DNA from: Planctopirus limnophila DSM 3776
GTDB taxonomy: Bacteria > Planctomycetota > Planctomycetia > Planctomycetales > Planctomycetaceae
Length of the DNA: 32,000 nt
Reading direction: 5' to 3'
Assembly: GCF_000092105.1 (NCBI RefSeq)
Contig: NC_014148.1
Coordinates: forward strand, 1,350,001 to 1,382,000
In this document: in pieces, positions 26,747-32,000 of the stretch
How positions within the stretch are numbered: position 1 is the first letter of the stretch
Layout of the letters: each line of letters begins with the position of its first letter
The notes under the pieces: model-generated
What the model was told of the DNA's origin: nothing
Seen by the model: only the letters and a program-made list of their open reading frames with translations
Databases searched by the model: none
Translations under genes and position numbers: made by a program

Positions 26747-27034
26747 GATTGGAGAACTCTTCCGAGACGGTTGCGCCATAGTGCAGGGGACTTTTGAAAA
26801 ACTGAACAGAATTTCGTTGGCGAGAACGTTGACACTTGGATAGATTTTTGAGGTCGACCAATTACTGAAATGGTCTTTATTTCTCCTTCGGAGTGATTTT
26901 TGTTTGAAGTCGAGGACGCACGCATGCGGCCTCGTTGACATCGCTGAGACGCGCGCGAGCGTCAGGAACTGCTTCTCTCAAAACCGCCAACCTGGGCTGT
27001 AAAGCCCTTGAGTACAAGAGCAGTGCTTGGACCG

Positions 27035-27090
27035 CGCCCCCGCAAGGGGGCGTCGGCCATGTACTGTTTTGTACGCCCCTTGGCGGGGGT
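27035..27090. repeat. Pair of GC-rich REP-like palindromes in inverted orientation
   Basis: cgccccc-gcaa-gggggcg (27035-27052) is a 7-bp stem with a GNRA-type loop. acgcccc-ttggc-gggggt (27073-27090) reads as roughly its reverse complement. A small hairpin, gtac-tgtttt-gtac, lies between them. Confidence 0.6.
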
Positions 27091-27092
27091 TG

Positions 27093-27129
27093 AGAGAGCG
27101 GTCGTGGTTCGGCGCTCTCTTTCTTTTCC
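27093..27129 (+). terminator. Intrinsic-terminator-like hairpin plus T-tract, 18 nt upstream of the next start codon
   Basis: agagagcg (27093-27100) pairs with cgctctct (27113-27120) around a 12-nt loop and is followed by ttcttttcc (27121-27129). The ATG of the downstream gene is at 27147. Confidence 0.45.
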
Positions 27130-27146
27130 GCCAGCGGGGTATTCGC

Positions 27147-27785
27147 ATGTTCGATCGTTTTTCTCTCAAATCAGACCCGTCGACGCCGTTCGATTTTATG
27201 ACAGGCTCAGCGCTGTTTCGCAGAGTCCTCCTTTATGCGGGCATACTGTTCGCCAGCCTCTATCTCTTCGTTGGCGTCTGGTGGTGGGTCCATTCTTGGT
27301 CGGGACGAAGCGATCTCGCCGGATCAAGAAACACCAGAAGTCTGAGCAAGCGACAACTCAGCGACACGAAGAAGTTCGATGAAGCTCAAGATCGTTCGAA
27401 ACTGATGGCTCATCGACCGGCTGCAGAACCGAAACCTCAAAACAACAAACCGGTCAATCAAGACGTTATGACGTTTATCGAATTGATGCGATCCAAATCG
27501 CGAAGCGAACCGCGAACAGGAACTTCTGTTACTTCAGATCAGACCACCAAAGCTCAAGACAGCCAACGATCTGCTTTAAGCAATCACGTCGACCCGAGCA
27601 AAAATGAGCCCAGAGCTCTCCTCACGAATGATTCCCAGAAACAGTTGAGTGAATTGCTGAAGCGTCCAGTTCATGGTGGGGTCTATCCCAAGTTGTCCCC
27701 TGGGTTTAGCCGGTCGTCATCAACTCGATCCCTACGTCCCGTGCGTAGTGTGCGGTCTCGGTTTGGAACATTTTATATGTTCTAA
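27147..27785 (+). CDS. Hypothetical membrane-anchored protein with low-complexity tail
   Basis: This is the frame of track ORF 27027..27785. I prefer ATG 27147 because the upstream 40 codons overlie the hairpin cluster. The N-terminal TM segment is LLYAGILFASLYLFVGVWWWV. The remainder is polar and low in complexity. Confidence 0.5.
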   Translation: MFDRFSLKSDPSTPFDFMTGSALFRRVLLYAGILFASLYLFVGVWWWVHSWSGRSDLAGSRNTRSLSKRQLSDTKKFDEAQDRSKLMAHRPAAEPKPQNNKPVNQDVMTFIELMRSKSRSEPRTGTSVTSDQTTKAQDSQRSALSNHVDPSKNEPRALLTNDSQKQLSELLKRPVHGGVYPKLSPGFSRSSSTRSLRPVRSVRSRFGTFYMF

Positions 27786-28005
27786 GTGTCAGGCACAGTG
27801 AGTTCAGGGATTGCGGTCATCTTGGCGACCACAATCTGACTTTCTGATCCCTTTTTCAAGTCGTGGTTCCCCTGTGGTGGGCCATGATTCGCGAGCCAGA
27901 TGGAAGATTATCTCGGCTCACGCTTTTCGGGTCTTCAGCTGCGGCATCCCCGCGCCATCGACACCAGCTCTTGCGAATTTGCTCTTCCCTGAGTGGAGAA
28001 TAAAC

Positions 28006-29370
28006 ATGCCCTACGATTTCTTTTCTCAAGCAAATACTACTGCCAAAGATTCGACAGCCAATCCGTCTCAACTGGCTGCAGGAACATCACTGCTTCTGGG
28101 AATTACGGTTGCCGCGGTTGTCTTTCTTGGTGGTTGGTGGTGGAGCAGCGGCTCAGTAACTCCCCCTGCGCAGTCATCGACCACTCCCTTACCACCAGTC
28201 CCTCCCGTAGTCCCAATTTCCAAGGTCGAGTTACCTCAGGAATATAGAGTTTTGGCCGATGTTCTGACTCATCAAATCGTTCCATCACCTGCGGAATGGG
28301 AAGTCGTACCCAAGCCCGCCGTACTAGCGGAATTGCATCGGCAACTGGATGCACTCCGCAATCTTTCCAGTTCGGATCAAGAGATTCAGAGTATGGCCCA
28401 GCGAACACATACGGCACTTGCCACCTTCATCAAGCACTTTGAAGAATTTCAAGCTTTACCAGATCCAACATCGACTAGTGATCTCATGCTTGATTCATTT
28501 GTTTCGGGGTTTGTCTCTGGATTTACTGGCGACCTTGAACTCGTCAAAGGTTCCTTTGAGCGTACGGCAGCATCCGATTCCCGAGCAGCGGCCAAACAGC
28601 GTGCGGCGATTGCGTTATGTCATGCCGAACAGCAATGTGTTGCGATCCAGCTCACACTATCTCGGATCGCTGAGCGTTTTGCGGCCCCGGTCACAGCTGC
28701 GGGGGATCGATTTAAAATTGATATTGATGATCCGTGGGGAGCACATGCCCCCAAAAAGTGGATTTGCTTCCATAATGGGGGAGATGATCTCCGGGATTGC
28801 ACTCTGCAAGTTCAATTGACGGGCCAAAACGGACCACCACGCAGCAATGTCCACTTCATCAAGCATTGGCCAGCAAACACCTGGATGTACTCCCTCTATC
28901 AAGTCGGTTTTCAACTCCCCGATGGAAGCTATGTCGATTCGCAGACAGTTAGTTCCATCCAGTCTGCAGAAGTCAAACTGTGGTCACCTGAGTACTCGAC
29001 ACAGTTTCGTTACGACTATCAGGGGGCGGGCCGAGATGAAGATGTCAAAAGATTTGGATCAGCCCTCAAGATTCAAGGGAAGTATCTCCCGTTTAAGCAA
29101 GGGGTCCTTTGGAATACCCAACCAGGTGCTGAACTGACTCTCCACGGTGTGGAATGGCTTCCTCCAGGTAAGGTGACTCTCACGTTCCGTGGAAATCGAA
29201 GAAAAGAAAAGGCTTGGATCTGGGATCATTCCGGATGGCCGAACGGAGAGGCAAAGACGTTCACCACACCTGAGGGCGCTCTGGAGTTTGTGCCTCAAGA
29301 GATTGATGTGGAACTCTCATTTCCAGACACGGCGACCGTGTTCACAGAGCGGCTGAAAGTCTCGAAGTAA
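28006..29370 (+). CDS. Hypothetical single-pass membrane protein
   Basis: This is the frame of track ORF 27811..29370. ATG 28006 is preceded by GGAG at 27995-27998. The TM segment is LLLGITVAAVVFLGGWWW, followed by a Pro-rich linker and a roughly 380-aa domain of unknown family. Confidence 0.6.
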   Translation: MPYDFFSQANTTAKDSTANPSQLAAGTSLLLGITVAAVVFLGGWWWSSGSVTPPAQSSTTPLPPVPPVVPISKVELPQEYRVLADVLTHQIVPSPAEWEVVPKPAVLAELHRQLDALRNLSSSDQEIQSMAQRTHTALATFIKHFEEFQALPDPTSTSDLMLDSFVSGFVSGFTGDLELVKGSFERTAASDSRAAAKQRAAIALCHAEQQCVAIQLTLSRIAERFAAPVTAAGDRFKIDIDDPWGAHAPKKWICFHNGGDDLRDCTLQVQLTGQNGPPRSNVHFIKHWPANTWMYSLYQVGFQLPDGSYVDSQTVSSIQSAEVKLWSPEYSTQFRYDYQGAGRDEDVKRFGSALKIQGKYLPFKQGVLWNTQPGAELTLHGVEWLPPGKVTLTFRGNRRKEKAWIWDHSGWPNGEAKTFTTPEGALEFVPQEIDVELSFPDTATVFTERLKVSK

Positions 29371-29537
29371 GCCAGTACGACTCGCGGTTATTTGTCGGGT
29401 CATTGGTTCCAAAGGTCGTCTCGTACTTTGGACAAAAAGAGTGGTGGAATCGATGTCGTTTCCTGCACCAAATCGCCAGACAAACTGGGCACTTCAATCA
29501 CTACAGAGTCAAAACCAAATTCTTGCAAAGGGAACTC

Positions 29538-30545
29538 ATGTTGCAGCATCGATTCTGGTTCACGGTCGTTTGCATTTTGGTGTTCAGTGGCCTCCCGGAA
29601 AGACTGATTGCCGCTCCGGCCGATCCTCCACTGACTCCCGAGCAGCGTCGAATCCTCGAACGATTCCAACAGATTTCCTGGCAAAAGGGGCCCGGCCGAT
29701 TCGCAGTTGGGCCACAAGCCACCATTCAGATCCCTGACGGATTTCAGATCACCAATTCAGCCGGTGCTCAGATCTACATGGAGTTAAGTGGTAACCCGCC
29801 ATCCGCAAACATTCAGAGTGTGGTAACATTTACAGAGGAGCCATTTGGATTTTACCTGATTTTCTCTTATGAGGACTCGGGGAAAGTCGATGATCGTGAT
29901 GCGAGTAATCTCAATGCGGATGAGCTCCTCAAGCAGCTTCGCGAGAATACGAATGCTGGAAACGCTCATCGCAAACAACTGGGACTAGAGCCACTCTACA
30001 TTGATCGCTGGATCATTCCTCCGCGTTACAACTCCACTACGAAGCAATTGGAATGGGCACTTCGCGGGCATTCGGAAAGTGGGAATCCCGTCGCCAATTG
30101 GGATACCAGGATCTTGGGACGCTACGGCATGATGTCCGTCAAGCTGGTGATGACAAATCCAGACGAAATTGAGTCTGTAATTCCCGGCGTTAATCAGCTG
30201 CTGCAAGGCTTTTCATTCAATGCTGGAAGTGATTACGCATCGTGGCAACCCGGAGACAAAGTGGCCGCACTGGGTGTGACCGCATTGGTGGCTGGATCCA
30301 CAACCGCGGTCGCTGCCAAACTGGGATTCTTTCAGAAAATGGGTGTCTTTATTTTTAAATACATCTATCTGATTCTGGCAGCTTTGGGGGCCGTCGGAGC
30401 GCGCTTCCTTGGGAAATCCGCATCCAACTCGTCTCCTTCAGATTCAGTCGCGATGAATCGCGACTCGGCTCTTCCTCGTCCCCCGACACTTCCAGGACCA
30501 CGTCCCCGAACGCCCCAGTCTCCCGACAATCAGTCAAGTGATTGA
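29538..30545 (+). CDS. DUF2167-like membrane-anchored protein
   Basis: The start is chosen at MLQHRFWFTVVCILVFSG, which looks like a signal peptide. Blocks typical of DUF2167 are YEDSGKVDDRDASNLNADELLKQLRENTNAGNAHRKQLGLEPLYIDRWIIPPRY...LEWAL and TRILGRYGMMSVKLV. It has C-terminal TM helices. Confidence 0.65.
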   Translation: MLQHRFWFTVVCILVFSGLPERLIAAPADPPLTPEQRRILERFQQISWQKGPGRFAVGPQATIQIPDGFQITNSAGAQIYMELSGNPPSANIQSVVTFTEEPFGFYLIFSYEDSGKVDDRDASNLNADELLKQLRENTNAGNAHRKQLGLEPLYIDRWIIPPRYNSTTKQLEWALRGHSESGNPVANWDTRILGRYGMMSVKLVMTNPDEIESVIPGVNQLLQGFSFNAGSDYASWQPGDKVAALGVTALVAGSTTAVAAKLGFFQKMGVFIFKYIYLILAALGAVGARFLGKSASNSSPSDSVAMNRDSALPRPPTLPGPRPRTPQSPDNQSSD

Positions 30546-30767
30546 CGTGCAATTGAGGGACGTAATGTGTCTCCGCCTCAAAGCCCAGCCATGCGACGAT
30601 CGTAGAAGATCTTCGGCGGGTTGCAGACGGGCCGAGCCTTAGAGATCGGCGGGCACGTCAGGAAGTAGGGAGAGGAGATTGGCAGATAGTTCGGCGGCAG
30701 AGATATCAGCAGTTAATCCAATCATTTTTAGCGGTGATTGCAGGCACAGGCGGGATTGACCCACACG

Positions 30768-31733
30768 ATGTACGGGATAACTGACCAATGGCTCTGGGTT
30801 GCCTTGGTGGGACTCTTTCTTCTGGAGCAATTCCGACTGCTGCGGAGAGAAGAGCAGGCCATTTTTGAGATGCGTTCAGGGCTCTGGAGAACTTGTCCCG
30901 TGTTATTGGAAAACTCCAGGTGTCGCCTCGTGTGGTTACCTATTTCTTCCACCTGTCGAGTCTTCATAGGAGATCAGGGAACTTTCGACCTTACATACTG
31001 TTGGACCGCTGGAACTTCGTCGTTATTACCGCGACCAGACGAGGTGAAAGACTTTCAGGCATTCCTCGCGGCCTGGCAACGAGCCAGTCAGTTGGTGCAG
31101 CTGACATCGACTGGGTTGGCTCTCTGTCTGGGCATGCTGATCCTCCTCTGGGCTGGTTTCTTGACGGTGAGTATTCCCTATGCCATACGCTGGACCCTGG
31201 GAGCCACTTTCACCTGCTGGTCACTAACAGCGTGCTTCTATTGGCAGTCCGCTCGCTCACTTCGGCGGCAGGGCTGGGGAGACGTCTCCGCCTCTGTGGC
31301 CGACGTCTTAATCAGTCCGCTGTCTGCACTCAAAGCCTATTCACTCTTGGGAAAGATGGGATGCCAAAGATATCACTTCAGTACTGTCGCCTGGGCTCTG
31401 GCTCCACATGCGGTGCTTCATCAATGGGCTCGCAATGCCACTGTCGCACCCAATCTTCAGGATTTCTCGACGGGAGTTTCTGCCAATCTCGAAACCCCGA
31501 CGCCGGGACAACTCCAAGAGTTGCTTCAGCTGCGCGGCATAGAACTATCTGTGGCGATTGCTACTCCGCATCCCGATTCTGATGCAATCTGCTTTTGTCC
31601 GCGCTGCCATGCTCAATACACGCGCTGGGTGGAATGTTGTTGGAATTGCACTTCATGGAAAGAAACTTTGGCTGTGGAAACCAGTCCTGAAGAGCCTCCT
31701 CCCAAAGATTACCAAAGCTCCATCGAGTCCTAA
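30768..31733 (+). CDS. Hypothetical multi-pass membrane protein with C-terminal zinc-ribbon-like CxxC...CxxC
   Basis: This is the frame of track ORF 30738..31733, which opens on TTG; ATG 30768 is preferred. It has several hydrophobic segments. The C-terminal motif is CFCPRCHAQYTRWVECCWNC. Confidence 0.55.
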   Translation: MYGITDQWLWVALVGLFLLEQFRLLRREEQAIFEMRSGLWRTCPVLLENSRCRLVWLPISSTCRVFIGDQGTFDLTYCWTAGTSSLLPRPDEVKDFQAFLAAWQRASQLVQLTSTGLALCLGMLILLWAGFLTVSIPYAIRWTLGATFTCWSLTACFYWQSARSLRRQGWGDVSASVADVLISPLSALKAYSLLGKMGCQRYHFSTVAWALAPHAVLHQWARNATVAPNLQDFSTGVSANLETPTPGQLQELLQLRGIELSVAIATPHPDSDAICFCPRCHAQYTRWVECCWNCTSWKETLAVETSPEEPPPKDYQSSIES

Positions 31734-31856
31734 CAAAAACGACATTCCCCACTGTTGGGAACCGTTAGGGGGGAAAGTCCCCCAGATCGACACACAGCAA
31801 CTGACTTAAAGCCAGGCGATGGGCTTGCTTTCAATTCTCAGGCCAGTGGAATTTTT

Positions 31857-32000
31857 ATGGTTGAATACGTGGTCACTTTGACAGCCGTGCTGGCTGGTTT
31901 TTTCTTGGGTGGCATGTGGGGCGGAAATCTGGGGTCTTTTGTGGGAGGCCTCGGGGCTCTGTTTCTGTGTCTCGTTGTCAAAGATGTGCTCTTCCTGGAG
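31857..32000 (+). CDS. Partial hypothetical membrane protein (runs off the window)
   Basis: ATG 31857 opens a frame that stays open to 32000: MVEYVVTLTAVLAGFFLGGMWGGNLGSFVGGLGALFLCLVVKDVLFLE. It is Gly-rich and hydrophobic. Confidence 0.4.
   Translation, partial: MVEYVVTLTAVLAGFFLGGMWGGNLGSFVGGLGALFLCLVVKDVLFLE

Noticed and set aside
27027-27146. The upstream start (27027) offered by the ORF track for the 252-aa protein.
   Set aside because: These 40 codons overlie the REP-like palindromes and the terminator-like hairpin. They encode an Arg-rich, non-protein-like peptide. ATG 27147 immediately precedes the TM segment.
1-32000. A scan for CRISPR arrays, rRNA genes, integrase or recombinase genes, and toxin-antitoxin pairs.
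   Set aside because: I saw no regularly spaced short repeats, no rRNA-like sequence, no tyrosine or serine recombinase motifs in any long ORF, and no convincing small paired ORFs. Numerous ORFs embedded inside the large helicase and defence genes (for example 2006..2398, 4759..5229, 12328..12726, 24217..24600) were treated as shadow ORFs.

Overview
The window reads as a dense anti-phage defence island, followed by about 5 kb of membrane and secreted-protein genes. All calls come from reading motifs in the supplied translations and the DNA by eye; no searches were run. The source taxon is unknown; a Planctomycetota-like genome is only a guess.

Layout from left to right:
- 1-104 (-): a partial ORF running off the window edge.
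- 304-369: copy A of a 66-bp structured repeat.
- 445-4354 (-): a Hachiman system, hamA then hamB.
- 4706-7860 (-): a SPARSA system, SIR2-APAZ then a short pAgo.
- 8283-8348: copy B of the 66-bp repeat.
- 8554-11227: a decayed mobile-element remnant. It holds a small conserved ORF, an ArdC-like gene and an IS5-family element, and each reading frame is broken by an in-frame stop or a frameshift.
- 11851-15351 (+): an AAA+ ATPase plus S8 subtilase pair that matches the IetAS architecture.
- 15760-16668 (+): an orphan UPF0489-like protein with an arginase/HDAC-type metal-site signature.
- 16825-22543 (-): a Shango system, TerB protein, then ATPase, then Lhr-like helicase.
- 23113-26523 (-): a 1136-aa single polypeptide that fuses a Upf1/Dna2-like SF1B helicase to a UvrD-like SF1A helicase.
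- 26524-27146: a 620-bp hairpin-rich intergenic region.
- 27147-32000 (+): five co-directional membrane or secreted-protein genes, including a DUF2167-like protein.

No CRISPR array, rRNA or convincing tRNA was seen.

The best candidates for something undescribed are:
- the dual-motor helicase fusion;
- the orphan UPF0489-like metallohydrolase lying between two known systems;
- the 66-bp repeat pair that brackets the Hachiman+SPARSA cassette and carries compensatory base changes.
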